A DNA stretch of 64,000 nt from Vitrella brassicaformis CCMP3155. Taxonomy: Eukaryota; Protista; Chromerida. The stretch spans positions 248,001 to 312,000 of the forward strand of contig CDMY01000255.1 of NCBI GenBank assembly GCA_001179505.1, in the 5' to 3' direction. Every line of letters starts with the position of its first letter. Within the stretch, counting starts at the first letter, position 1. The position numbers were made by a program, and so were the translations under genes. This document shows positions 1 to 13,159 of this stretch, in pieces. The notes under the pieces were generated by a model that was given only the letters and a program-made list of their open reading frames with translations, was not told the DNA's origin and ran no database searches.

Positions 1-618
1 CGGCAGGACTCACCTCCCTCGTCACGCTCTCGATGCACGGCCCCTGTCGCAGGGGGATTTCGGGTTCCTGGCAGAGGGAAAACGGCGAGTACAGCGGGGC
101 GAAGTCGTCCAGCATCTGTGGGGGCACATGCTGGAACAGGTCGACGACCAGCTGGACCGCCTCATGCTGCACACGCTGAGGAAACCATTCCCACAGTAGG
201 GTATCCTGCAGCACCACAGCAGACAGGGGAAAGGTAGATACGACACACCACACACATGACAGACGGCTGGCTGGGTGGGTGCTGTGCAGTGGTGTGATGT
301 GTACCAGGAAGGTCGGATCTTGGCGTTTGATGACAGCCTCGGTGTCACGCATCTCCTGGGTGCCCCGAAGCGCCACGAGCCACTCACGCAGCAACTGCAC
401 CGAACAAACGGATGGACACACACCATGCATCTCGCTGCCCGGCCACATGCAGTCTGTGTGTATCCCTGCCTGCCCCTCACCTCGGGCTCCTGGTGCATCA
501 GCGCCTTCAGCTTCCAACACACCAAATCCGGCGTGTCGCCGTACACGTCCGGCATCTCTAACCCACGCGCCGCGATGCGCTGAGCCAGATGGGCCCGCGG
601 ATCCGTCCGAGAGGCCAT
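1..618 (-). CDS. Hypothetical multi-exon protein, 3' end runs off the window
   Basis: ATG at 618. Exons 618-481 (MASRTDPRAH...MHQEPE), 394-305 (LLREWLVALRG...DPTFL) and 205-14 (DTLLWEWFPQR...SVTRE) join in frame via phase-0 GT..AG introns. A truncated paralog lies at ~24026-24620. Confidence 0.7.
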
Positions 619-1098
619 GTCGACTCGTGAATGTCACCACGCCAACCACAGAGGCGCCTGTAGAAGTCGATGAATGAATCGTCAATTTTGAGCATTGGCC
701 TTCCTCCCTCGTCCAGCCGTACCTGTCCGATGCCGTCAATAGCCCTCGGCAGGGGCTGGCGGCACCAGCCGAGGCGAAAGGCACCAAGAGAAAACTGACC
801 GCTACAACTGAATTTGATGGCTGGTTTCGCTGCATCAAGGTGCCTCACAGCACAGCGCGTTCTCCCATGCCTCTCTTTCCGCCCGAAACGAAAGCTCGCA
901 GATCGGCTGCGAGCTAAGCGAAACCAGCGATTGCAAGAAAGCATTATGGGTGTATCATCGCTCAGCGACGAGAGCAGACAAAGGACGGCTGTCTTGCTGC
1001 TCATCGCCTGCATCCCCGTGGCCTGCAACGCGAAAGATCAGCCGGCTGTGCGGCGCAATGATCTGCGTGCACCAAGCCCGGGGACGACAGGAGCAGCG

Positions 1099-3330
1099 AT
1101 GGCATCGGCTCCTTGGTCAGCAAAATGCATGAGCAAACACACATAGCAAGTCATCGGCTGTTGTCTTGTGATTTGATTCATGTGTGCAGGTGGGCCACTG
1201 TCATCTCCAACGTGACGCGCAAGACCCAGGCGCTTCTTTCCAATGAGCTCGTTCAGACCAGCACCGCTCAGGAGCCTTTGGCGGATCTCTTCAACGCGCT
1301 CGCAACCCTGCTGACATCGACAGAGTTCGCAGTCGTCAGTCCGCATCCCCGCGGCCCTCACCCTCTTCGCACGTCCATCCAGCGGGCCAAGCGGGCCCTC
1401 ACAGTGCTGTCTGAAGTCGCGCTATTCGCTCTCCGTGCTCGCGCCGTCGAGCGATTCACCGACGCCAAGACTGCCTCCAAGGTCCGCGCTGCATTGTTGG
1501 CAGATCTGTTCACCCGTCTGGGCGGCCTGTGGCCGAAGGTGGCTCAGGGTCTGAGTCAGCGTCCTGACGTCATTGAGTCGCCAGACTTATTGGCGGAGCT
1601 GTCACGTGCGCAGGAGAGGTGCAGGGCCAGGGATGTGCGGCAGGTGCGGAGGATCGTCAGCAGGGAGGCCCCGCTCCTCGACGCACACTACGACATCGAG
1701 GCGCCCGAACTCGCAGCCGGTCAGGAGGGCAGAAAGAATGGGAGAAGGCGAGTCTGCAAACGGACAAAGACTGTATTTATCTTCCTCAGGGTCCATCGCC
1801 CAGGTCCACCGAGCCACCAGGCGGCCGGATGCTCCTTCCTCCCTCCCTCCCACCCTTGCTGTCAAGATCAGCTTCCCCCACACACGGGCTCAGATGCACT
1901 CGGACTTCGACCTGCTGGCCCACCTGGCCGACAAGGGCGTTCTCCCAGAGCTTAAGGACGCATGGCCGTGTGTCAAGGAGCTCAAGCGGTCCCTTTTGGC
2001 GGAGTTCGATTTGGAGAGGGAGGCGGCCCTCACATCCATCGCCCGGCCGCTGGTGGAGGCTGCGTCGAGGAGACAACGTCATCAGCTGGAGGGCATCAAG
2101 GGCATGGCGAGGGCGTCGGCCGCTGGCATCTCCACGGCTGATCTGGCCTTTGATGAGTCCGTCGACGTGTCCTTCAGCGTGCCTGAGGTCTTTTCCCACC
2201 TTTCGTCTCCATCCGTCATGGCTATGGAGTTCGTCAACGGCACATCACTTGAGAGCTTTCTGGAGGCCAACAACTTAAGCCTGTCTGCTCAGAAACGGCT
2301 GTTGCAAGGGGCGAGTGCCGTGTGGGGGTCACTCATGCTGGAGGATGGCCTCTTCCAAGGTGCGAATGTGATAGGGAATGCGTGGATCCATGTCAATGGC
2401 TTCTGTGGTGGTCAGGCGATCCACATCCGGGGAACATGCGCGTGCAGGGCGGTCCTGGCCATTCGTTGGTGGTCCATCTGCTAGATTGGGGGGCCACGGA
2501 GATCCTGCCGACATCCGTCAGACATCAGCTGTGCCGGCTCTATGGCGCACTCGCAAAGTAATCGAAGACCAATGACGCACACAGTCCCCCAGACCTCACG
2601 CATACATGTGTCTCTGCACTATGTCAGGTTCTCCGCTGGCTTACGTCTCGCTGGTGTTCGTTTTCGTGATCTTCTCGACACCGTCATGCGGACCGGCATC
2701 ATCGCTTCTAAGCCCCCGTCGCCTCTCACACCGCCGTCTACCGCCCCTCTGCCCCCATCGCCCTCACCCCAGCTGTGCAGCAACGTGTCCCCCAGAAGAA
2801 CGTCGGCCAGCTCGTGGAAGCCATTCACAGCGAAGCCAAGGGACATGGACGCCACCTGCGAGGACGGCGGCGAGAGGATGGTGGCCAAGAGGGGGCTGCG
2901 TGGCCGGAGGGGTGCGATGGAAGGCCTAGTCGATGAGATCGCAACCATCATGGTGGACATGGGCTTCCGCACTCGGTCAGTAAGGCAGACACAAACCAAC
3001 ACGTCTGACTGACCGTCCCTCTGCCTCTTCTCGCTCCCATGCAGGTCGAATCAGCCAGGCGTGCTGTTTGGTCTGGCCTTTGCCCTGTTCGACACCTCCC
3101 TGCAGACCACCGGGCGGTCCCTCTTTTTAGAATACGCTCATCTTGACCCCATCCAACAAATCCCGCGGGATTACGTCTTCCCGCTGCGAGTCACATCGCT
3201 GCTTGGCGGTACATTCTACCGCCAGGGCGTGGACGTGTCCGTGGTTGACCAGTGGGAGGGCTCTGCGAGGGAGGGGCTGGGCAGGCAGTGGGCGGCGGGG
3301 GACGAGCACAGACATCTGCGGGTGGTTTAG
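1099..3330 (+). CDS. ABC1/UbiB (ADCK) atypical protein kinase
   Basis: Spliced motifs: LGGLWPKVAQGLSQRPDV, A(G)SIAQVHRA, VKISFP, EFDLEREA, VPEVF...MAMEFVNG, DPHPGN catalytic loop and LLDWG (DFG equivalent). Several GT-AG introns; stop at 3330. Confidence 0.9.
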
Positions 3331-3749
3331 CTAGCTCTCCTTGCCTCTCGTCTGATGGTCTTTTCCGTCTGTACAGATAGCTCTGTGACGCTAAGACGTA
3401 TATCCTTGTCTGCTTGCTCTGGCTGGCTGCCTTTGCGCGTGGGTGTGTATCTCATCGACACGGCATGTCCTGCACATGCGACTCTTGACTTGTCGAGACT
3501 CGTTTCATGACCGTGCAGATTGAATGCTTATTGTGTATGTATGTCTGTTGGAAACCTGTCAGTCACATGCATTGCATCCATCCACCGTCGCGTCACATCG
3601 ATTGATTGCAACGACACACACACGCACAAGACGCCAGCGAGCCAGACAGGAGAGGGAAGGCATACATGGATGAAGGATGGATGCGGCAAAATCACCCATG
3701 TCGGATGTCCACTTAAAAAGGGCGACAAGCAGACGCCCAATGTCGGATG

Positions 3750-5345
3750 TCTGCGTGTGTCTGTGGGATGCAAATACATACCCGCCGCACCCACCTGGCC
3801 ATCACACAGACACACCACACCACAACACACCACACAGGAGTACGTCCTACGCCATGATGTGTGTAGAGAGGCATAGGAAGAAAGGCATAGATGTGCGTAG
3901 AGGCCTAGAAGAAAAACGCATTTCGGCCATCACATAACAAAAAAAAAAACGAAAGCTCAGCCTGCGCAAGGCCACCCACACCTGCAGCAAGGTTGTCTCG
4001 TCTGACGGCCCACATCTCTCTCCCACTCAGTCACTCCGACACGGCAATGGAGAGATAGATGGATGCAATACTATCCATAAGGGATCGAAGAGCATTGCAC
4101 CCATCCACGCACCAGCAGCCACCCACCGCGAAAAAGCACCACCCAGTCATGGCGACAAAACGTCCACCGCCGACACATCGGTCATCCATGAATCACCTAG
4201 CATGATAGCATTGCCAAGCCACACAGCGCGTCAAGAGCCATAGAAAACTACCAAACCGTGGGCGGGTGCCCTCCTGACAAAGACGTTCACCTACAGACAC
4301 ATCATGTGTAAGTACGAGTGCGCAATGCACCACAAATGTACGCAGGCGAGCATGAACATGAAACGGATGGAATACTATGGAGAGTCCAGATGTAATACAT
4401 ACACGGAGAGGTGGTCACATACACTTCCAGAACATGAACCTCCGGTGAGACAGACAGACAGACAGACAGACAGAGGGCAACAGGCCGACCCGTAAGCTCG
4501 GCCGAACGAGCGACACTGACTGCCAGCATCCATCCACCGACCCACCGACCCCTTCTGCTCTCATCAAACACGTAAGCGCATGGATGTGGTGTGTCCGTCC
4601 ATTGTGGGATGCTATCTAGCAGGTGTCTACACGGACACGCAGAGCCGATGATGTCAATGTGTCCGTAAGATGCAAATACGTACCCGCCCAGCACACCACA
4701 CAGACAGGAGTAACGCCCTACGTCATGGATGCAGAGGCCTAGAAGGAAGAAAACGCATTTCGGCCCATCACTTACCAAGCAGCGAAGGCACGGACACACA
4801 GTCTGCCTCACGGAAGCCCTATCTGCTGCACCAATGCCCTCCCACACCTGCAGCAAAGCCGTCTCGTCCCACGACGGTCGCATTTATCGCACCAGCACAC
4901 AGAAGTTGAATTTGTCCCCCTCCCGGTCAGTCACGTCAACAAAACACCCACCGCCGAGAGCCATCAAAACCACCACTGATCAAACGTGAGAGCTGGTGAG
5001 TGAGTGTGCCCACCGCCCTCCAGCACAATCACGTATGTGTGTGTGTATGAGCGGGAAATGCACCTACTTAGATATCAACAGACGAAGGTACGCAGGCGGC
5101 ATGAAATGGATGGGTAGGTACACACCCGATGCATTCCACACGAATGCATTGACAGGAATGAGAGCCAGCCAGCCATCGAGACAGAGAGAGGGAGAGGGAG
5201 AGGGAGAGGGGGAGGGAGAGAGAGGGCAACAGGCCGACCCTTAAGCTCGGCCGAACGAGCGACACTGACTGCCAGCATCCATCCACCGACCCACCGACCC
5301 CTTCTGCTCTCATCAAACACGTAAGCGCATGGATGTGGTGTGACG
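3750..5345. repeat. Degenerate two-copy tandem duplication (~750-900 bp unit) with a near-identical ~120 bp core
   Basis: 4472-4592 matches 5222-5342 almost exactly. Weaker collinear matches: ~3770 with ~4668, ~3975 with ~4840, ~4340 with ~5090. Confidence 0.75.
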
Positions 5346-5656
5346 GATGGGAGAGAGAGAGCAAGCACATGGCGGCTGACACAGATAAAATCAAAACCTT
5401 GGCCACACCTACATCTAGACGGACAACGCATCCGAGCCACCCTGAGTGCTTTGAAGCGCTGAGCCATGATGCGTGTCGGTGTGCGTTTCGTCCGCTGCCT
5501 GTCCGAAGACGCAGCAAACGATTCACACACGCATACACACATGCATCACACCACAACACTCACATGCAGACACGGGGTAAGCCAGACGCCACACAGCCCC
5601 ACCCACCCACTCATCCATCCCCGGCACCTCTCCCTCCTGCCCCCTCGCATGTGAGT

Positions 5657-7842
5657 TCACTTGCTGTTGCTGCTGCTGGGGCCGTCGGCATCGTCGATGG
5701 TGGGCACCGGCACCGACGGTGACACGCCGATCGCCCTGGCCGTGTTCGCCTCGTCCTCGAACCGTACCGCGACCGACGATTTCATGGGTGGCATTGCCGC
5801 CCCGGCCGCGTCTTGCGTCGTATCCTCCTTCAGCTCGATGTCGATGATCTGCTCGAACGGCGTCGCGAGGAACTCCTTGACGGGGTAGGTCCACGAGGGC
5901 TTTGCCGTCAACGAGTTCCTCGAGACGTTGCCGATGGGGCCGAGGGCGGTGGGTGTGGGGCCCAAGAGGGCGGCGGATGGGCGGTAGGCGCGGAGAGTCT
6001 CAGCCCCGTTCACCGTGAGCTCATAGGTCTCGATGTTGGTCACCCTGCTGCCCCAGGGCGGGGTCGGGTCACGAGGCTCCTGCAAGAGGTCGGCCACGGG
6101 CATGTTGAAGCACCCGATCTTGTCGTAGCTCTTGTGCAGGATGAAGGTCTGGTTGCCCTCCTCCACCCACCTGACACAACACATCAGTGAGAGAATCAGT
6201 GCATGTGTGGGTGTGGGTGGGTGGGAGAGGGTGGGTAGGTGTGCTCACCCGATGTCTGCAGCGCTTTTGTTGGTCTCGAGCTTGAACTTGTATTCGTCTT
6301 GCCGCCAGCGACCGCCAGGCCTTGGACGCCGCGCAGGACGCTGTTGTCGATGTCGATGGCGCTGCAGATAGGCGAGGCGAAGGCGCTCAGGGGCACTGCC
6401 GGCTCCGGCATCTGCTGATCGGGGTGCCACACGTAGAGGGCGTATCCCGGCGTCTTCACGTCGCTCGGCGTCTCCACGTCGCCCGGCGTCTCCGCGTCGC
6501 CCGGCGTCTCCACGTCGCCCATGTCGATGTGCTTGAGCGTGGATGTGTGCTTGGACAGCGAGACGTCGACGTCGAACGTGCCCTCTATCGCGATCCTGCC
6601 CGACAGCACGTGACTGGGGTCAAAGGCGGGCGGATTGAGCAGGAAATTCTTGGACCAGAGGTCGACGATCCCGCTCGCCTCGGTCACGCTGTATGTCGCG
6701 ATCGTGACTGTGTCCGTCGCCCTGCCGCTGTGGACGCCGAGCACGAAGCGAGATGGCGAGATCAGGCCCGGCGCTGGCCTCCACTGCCACGTGTCCTTCT
6801 CCTCGTTCACCACCATCCCGTGGTGCGCTGTGGTGATGGTACTGGATGGCGTCACATACTCGACAGGCATGGCATGCGAACAGTGGAAGTCTCGCTGGAA
6901 GCGGAAGGGCCACTGGTTGGGGTCGTTGAAGTCAAAGACCACGCCAACCATTCCACTGCCGTTAGGGCCAACGCCATGAGGAAACCTACATGAGTGGGAC
7001 ACAACACACACACACACACGCACGCACACACACATGTACGCACAAATCTTCCCGTCTAGTGCATCCCTCCCTCCATCCCTCCCTCCCCATCACCCTCTCG
7101 CTCACCCCATGAGCTTGAGGTCGAGAGCAGCATCAAACTCGACATACAGCTTCACGAAGGCTGTCTTGCCGGCACCAAAGTAGTCGTCAGGCACCGCGAA
7201 GTGTGCCTGCCATTCCTTGCCCGCCCGCTTGGCCACGAAGGCGAGATCGGTGCCGTAGGGCTCGTACTTGGGGTGGTGGCGCGGGTAGCAGAGGTGGATT
7301 TTGAGTGGTCGGTGAGTGAGGAGCTCCAGCACCACGGGGGTGCCCCGCGTTCCGTCGGACATCTTCTGGACGCCCGTCGACGCTGACCCGAGCATGGACG
7401 CACCATCCACACCACACGTGCCGATGATCGTGACAGACGTCGACACAACACGGGCTTTGACGCGTATCTTGGATCGGCGGAAGTACACGAGGGCTTGCTT
7501 GAACTTGACAGACTGGACGCCGGGAAGTGTGGCTGCAGGTGCTATGCTGGCCCAGTAGCCGGCAGCGTTGGCCGTCACCGTGCCAGTGGCCTGCGTCGGT
7601 GTGCTGCCTGCCGCGGGCCTCGAGGAAGGCGACCCCGAGGATGCGCCTGCCGTGGTGCCGGCGAGTTGCGTCGATGCGAGTGTCGCTGACGGGGGTGACG
7701 GTGCCGGCACTGATGGAGGCGATGGGTGAGGCGAAGTCGGTACCCCTGCCCGCTGCACTCCTGCCGTCAGAGGGGGACGCTGTGGAGCAGCACCAGAGGG
7801 TGGCGGTGGCCCTGGCGGAGAAGAGGGCGGAGAAGAGGACAT
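5657..7842 (-). CDS. Hypothetical protein with Pro/Ser-rich N-terminus (about 3 exons)
   Basis: Long ORFs 7842-7106, ~6988-6250 and ~6170-5657 are linked by GTGAG..AG introns and show coding-like codon usage. No recognised domain. Confidence 0.7.
6447..6518 (-). repeat. 4 x 18-bp coding tandem repeat (GDVETP-like hexapeptide)
   Basis: Unit ccggcgtctccacgtcgc with small variants, four copies; translates DVETPGDAETPGDVETPSDVKTPG. Confidence 0.9.
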
Positions 7843-7974
7843 AGCGGCGCAGCGCTGGCCACAGACGAGACGGGGCTCGACGGGGAGCGAAAACTCCAAA
7901 GATCTCCGCGGTTCTCACGCGTTCTAGCTCGCAGATCGACTCCTTTTTGGAGGTGATTCGTTTTTGGAGGTTCT

Positions 7975-10900
7975 ATGGCAGCAGCGGCAGCCACAGATGC
8001 CACCAATGCGCCGCCGCAGCGAGGCATCCTATTCCTGGACAGCGATGGAGTCGTCAGTGTTCCGGGCCGACCGTCGCTTCAGTGCCCGAGCCGCGTTGCA
8101 GTGACATATGTCAATGCAGGGGCAGTTGCTGCCATATGGAGAGGCGCAGAAGGCCAAGCAGATGCCCAAGGAGATGCCCAAGGAGATGTCGGCCTGTCGG
8201 CAATAGCATTCAAGGTGTTCACGGGCGGCAGCAGGGAGAGGGAGGCCAAGCGAGAGGTGACGCGCTACAATGAGATCCGGGGCAAGGTCGACAGCAGGTA
8301 TGGCGGCGATTGGTCGGGCGTGCCGTTCCTGCGGTCGTTTTGCACCAAGGTGCTGCACGGACGATTGGAGGTCAATGGCGCCAGCCAGGAGTGCTGCATC
8401 GTGGCGATGGAATATCTCGGTAAGCAGACCAAGCCAGACGCCAGAGCATGCATCCATCTGTGTGTGTGCAACTTGCCATGCATTTATCAAAGCAGACGAA
8501 TCATTCTACCCCATCGAGAAGCATCATTACGTCTTCAACCTGCCCCAAATCACCGGCGGGCTGTCGGACCTGCGGACGCCCCAGGAGCGCATCGCCGCGT
8601 ATCGCGGGTGTACTCACATCGTGGCCGCCCAGCTTCTCAGTGTCGACGCCTATGCGGAGGCCATCAAGATGGGGTACGGCCCGTGTGACCAGGCCAGTAC
8701 CCATCAGAGCTACAGCAAGGCCACCCTCGACCGCATCGTCTACAACAGGCCCAGAGCCGAGCCTGGGGCCCGCTCTGTGGCCGTCTTCCTCGACGTCGGC
8801 AATGTGCTTCGGATCGCATCTGGCGGCACCGCCAACCACTCGGCATCATCCAGCGCCTCGGCCCGCACCCCTCCCCCCTCACTAGACGGCCGCAAGCCTG
8901 TCTTTGTGCCCCGCAGCCCCACCGGTGCCCATGACAACACACCAGCTGGCAAGGCGTTCGAGGAGTCTCCGGAGGTCTCCGTCCTTGGCGCCACCCTGGG
9001 CACCCTGAAGAGGGTGCTCGAGGAGGCGGGCGGCAGCGCGGAGGCCGTCCAGCAGCTGGCGGACAGGCACAACGGGTTGAAGGCAACACTCATCCACGCG
9101 GATGACGGGCAGGGCGTGTGGCTGGAGGCCGAGGCCATTGCAGTGTTCAACATCGCAGTATCGATCCTCGAGGTGCTGCTCGATTCTGAGTCGCCGTGGC
9201 AGTGGTGGAAGCGACAGCTCAAGGAGAAGGACGAGGCACTGCAGACGCTGGGCCTGCCAGACGGACTGCGGCCGGATGGCAAGGCAGGCCTGTCGGAGGA
9301 CCAACGACGCCTCTTCCTCTCCAAGTACATGTTGCTGCGGTGGGATGAGGCGCTGAACACGATGTGCGACGCCCAGGGCCGCCCACGCAAGGAGCTTGGG
9401 GGTGAGGCGGTGCTGACGGTCGAGGACTGCGAGTGTGGGAAGGGGTGGGAATGGCTGCCGCTGATGGAGCGCCGGCTGGCCAGCCTGGCTCGCAGGGGGC
9501 TCAGCGAGTCGTGGCGGGCACGGGGCACACTGAGCGACATGAGGCAGGGGCTGCAGGAACTGCTCGAGCTGCTGCGACACAACAGCGTGGATGTCGCTGT
9601 TTTCCTGGCCACGCCGTGGGTCTTGCCTCAGGAATTCCCCGGCTTCGCCGAGCCACCTGATGCTTCTCAGGTACATAACACTTCACACACAGAGGCACAC
9701 AACAGACGTCATGCATGTGTGTGTGTGTGTGTGTGTGTCGATGCGCTTACGTGTCTGCAGGAATCCGCTGCCCCGCTCGCCCCCTCTGCACCCGCCGCTG
9801 CTCATGCTCCTAGTGGTGGTGGTTGCTGGGATGACTCGATGCTCGCTCCGCCAGCAGTTGACGACGCCGTGCCCTCACACGCGCACATGCCCACGGTACC
9901 TTGCAGACAAACCAGCAACACACACATGGCAGGAGACATGTGACACTTCCCGCTATGTTGGTCATGCAGATGTCATTTCCGTTTCCCATCACCAACGGTG
10001 CGGCAGAGGCTGACCAGCAGCAGGTGGACATTCCCAGAGACAGACAAAGGAGAGGGGACTTGACACACACACATCTATCTGCCCTTTCCACACGCAGGTG
10101 GCCTCGCCATGGGCCTTCCCGAGCCATCGCCTGGACGCCGCCAGCGAGGCATCAGCGGCTGTGGGGGCGGGGCAGCTCAGTGGTGGTGTTGGTGTTGGCG
10201 ACCAGCACTGGCTGGCGGGCGACATGTATGGGGTGGAGTGGGGGCCTTCCAGCTTTGGTGTCGGTGCTGATGATGGCGACGTTGCTGCACCGCCGTGTGC
10301 TCAAGCGGCCCCGGTACATACCAAAATACCGAACGAAAGAACAAGAATGTTCGGACCAATGCCTTCGCTCCCCTTGTATGTGTGATGGTCAATTGCAGAT
10401 GTTGGCGTTTCCAGGAGCACCCGTAGCTGACGGTGCATCGTTCTCTGCCGACGGGCAGGAGGTACACAGCATACACATCAGAGGCACGGGGCAATAGACA
10501 GCCGATGATCCACACGCACATCTGTCTGTGTGTCCGTCTGTCAATGTGCAGGCAGTGGAGGGTTCTCCTGCAGCCCCCATCATGTCGCCCATTGACGCGA
10601 CATTCTCCGACATGGCACCCCCATTGGCGCCATCGGCTGCCGTGGGCAATCGGTCGTCGCCCCTCCCGTCGAATGCCCATCCCATGCACCTCCTCCCGGC
10701 CCACGAAGCCCCTCTTCCCTCATCCGGCGAGCCAGCGGCAGCTGCTGCTTCAGTGCGAGGCCACCCAGCCCTCGGCGGCGAGACGAGAGGAATGGTGGAC
10801 TCAGAGACGTCCCGAGAGGGAGGGTCCCCGGATGCGACGCAGGGACGGCCTCATGAGAGGGAGCGTATCAAGGCGGTGACGAAGCGTTTGCTGACACAAA

Positions 10901-11537
10901 TGGTGAAGAAGGATCCGATGCGTTTCCTACAGAAGGTATTGATGTCTACATGTGTTCAGTGCTAGCAAGCATCAAGAGGTGTCGGTTCTCTGTATGTATG
11001 TCGGTCAGGTCGCTGGTGGTTCTGCTGAGGCGGCAGCGGCTCCCCGTGGGTCGCTGTTCGACGGCATAGCTATGCCAAGTGCTCCGGCGGTGCGCACAGC
11101 CGATAAGAGACACAACACGACCTAGCAGCAGCATGATGACATCTGCGTGTCCTTGGCACTGTCAGGTCGGTTCCTTGTCTGTCATCTCTGCTGCATCGCC
11201 CCCTTTCGCTGGCCATGGCACGTCAATGCTGCCGATGGTCCATCCCCCTGGCCCTCCTGCCGCCACGATGGCGTCCCACCGCCCCTCATCACTCTATGGC
11301 GGCCCCCGTCAAGTCAACGGTGGCGGTGCTGCGGCTCCACACGTGCACTATCCGCCCCCTTCCCGGCCGCCTGCAGCTCCATTCGGACCATCGCCGCCAA
11401 ACCATCCCCCGCCACCCCCCATGCTACATTCTCCTCCGGCTGGCGTTGCCTGCAGACCCCCGCTGCATCCCCAGCGGCCCGGGGGGGTCCCACCAGGACA
11501 CCCACCGCAGCCGCACGGGAGAGGGACAGGCCGATAG
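7975..11537 (+). CDS. Divergent protein-kinase-like protein with long low-complexity multi-exon C-terminus (3' end uncertain)
   Basis: N-lobe-like motifs VNAGAVAAIWRG, AIAFKVF, EREAKREV, hinge IVAMEYL, then MGYGPCDQ and AVFLDVG. Phase-0 introns near 9671, 9896, 10024, 10314, 10471, 10936 and 11090 connect the downstream exons in frame. Confidence 0.55.
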
Positions 11538-11994
11538 ACAGACAGACAGGTGTGTACATTACGTATTGCAGTCAGGTGTGCGGGCGGCTGACAGGTCAGG
11601 CAGCGGGCCGGGCCGGGAGTAGACGTGTGGGCCGGGAGGGATGTAGCGGAAGGACACCAACGGGCTGACAGTCTGAGTGTCTGAGTGTCTGAGTGTCGGT
11701 GTGCATAGGGGAGGGAGGGAACTGACAGATCTGATGGATGCTGCAGACTGGCAGTGCTGAACAACGGTGCACAGAGTCTGCAGAGAATGGTGCACCGCTG
11801 CCATGGCTCTGCAATGCAAAACTTCTGCTCACACCCAGCCCAAACCAAGCCAATAAAGCCATCACCCCACAAGGCATGACAGCCCCTTCAGGACCTGTGG
11901 CCAGGAGAAAATTGCGAGCTCTAAGCTCGCACGAAAAGAAGAAAGGAGCAGCCCCGCTGGCGTGGAGAATCGCGTCGCTGCTGTCGTTTAGAAG

Positions 11995-12792
11995 ATGGCC
12001 ATTGCCGCGGAGGCTTTTCCCGACCTGAGTAGGGACAACACGCACCAGTGGGCTCTGAAGGCTGATAGGCTGGAGATGGAGCACCCTGAGGTGAGTGAAA
12101 GGGCGGGGAGGGCAGACATGCCAATGCAAGGCAGCTCACGCCTTGCGCACTTGCACCGCCACACCAATGGAGCTTGGTGCGTGTGTTCCGGACCGGTGGC
12201 TTTGTGTGTGTGTTTCTCTGCAGGAGTTCGAGAGGTGGAGGGATGGCCTGTCCATGGACGAGTTGGAAACGGCGGCGCGGGGCATGTGGGCGGTGAGTCT
12301 GCGACACACACGTTACCGTCCACGTACCACACCATACAGCTCCGTCTGCACAAACACACATGTGGGTCTCATCTCTGTGCTGTGCTGTGTGCTGGGCAGA
12401 TGATGGAGCAGCTCGAAGCCCGAGAGGCCAACGAGGCCGCCAGCACCACCGGCCAGGCCCCGCCAGTTCCGGCCAACCCACCCATCACCTACTCCCCCAC
12501 CCTACCCGCCTCACAGCACCACTACTACCACTACACGCGCCCCTTCCCTCCCGCCCCCCCGAAGCTCCAGTTCCAGCCGTTCATGGCCACCCAGGTCGAG
12601 TTGACCGGCCTCGCTGGAGTGGAGGGGGAGGCGGAGGAGGGGTGGTACGAGGACGACGTCAACGGCATGATGCTGTGGGAGCGCGGGGAGGGCAACACCT
12701 GGTGGGTGAGGTCGGCGCGGCAGGACTGGTGGATGAGAATGGTGTGGGGGGTCTATTCTATCTGGTGGGGCGCCCCCGAGCGCTCCCACTGA
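11995..12792 (+). CDS. Hypothetical protein (3 exons); may be part of a neighbouring gene
   Basis: MAIAAEAFPD...MEHPE | EFERWRDG...RGMWA | MMEQLEAR...PERSH*, joined by GTGAGT..CAG phase-0 introns. Confidence 0.5.
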   Translation: MAIAAEAFPDLSRDNTHQWALKADRLEMEHPEVSERAGRADMPMQGSSRLAHLHRHTNGAWCVCSGPVALCVCFSAGVREVEGWPVHGRVGNGGAGHVGGESATHTLPSTYHTIQLRLHKHTCGSHLCAVLCAGQMMEQLEAREANEAASTTGQAPPVPANPPITYSPTLPASQHHYYHYTRPFPPAPPKLQFQPFMATQVELTGLAGVEGEAEEGWYEDDVNGMMLWERGEGNTWWVRSARQDWWMRMVWGVYSIWWGAPERSH

Positions 12793-13159
12793 CTTTTTCT
12801 CTGATGTGCGTCGGTCGCCCGTGTACAGTAGTGTTTTGTTTGGCGGCCGACACCTTTTCTTTTTCGACGCGTACTCTTTTTGGTGGTGTCCCTCTCTTTC
12901 TTTCTTCGAATGAGACGTCTACCCCTGCCTGCCTGCCTGCGTTTCTGTCTGTCTGTCTGTCTGTCCTGTGGGGGTACCTTGCGAGGCAGGAGGGGGGCAA
13001 GGAGGACCACCTGCCACTGGCGTACCCCTTCACGTCGCCCGTGCTCGACGAGTGGATCGAGGGCTACTTCGCCGCCAACATCACAGAGGGGAGGAGCCCT
13101 CTGCTCGGGGGTCTGCCGCCTCGTCGACTGCCTCGGCTGGAGGAAGAGGAGCCCACATC

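Noticed and set aside
4472-4592. Box C/D snoRNA in the conserved 120-bp core
   Set aside because: A TGATGA is present on the minus strand, but no suitably placed CTGA D box or terminal stem was found.
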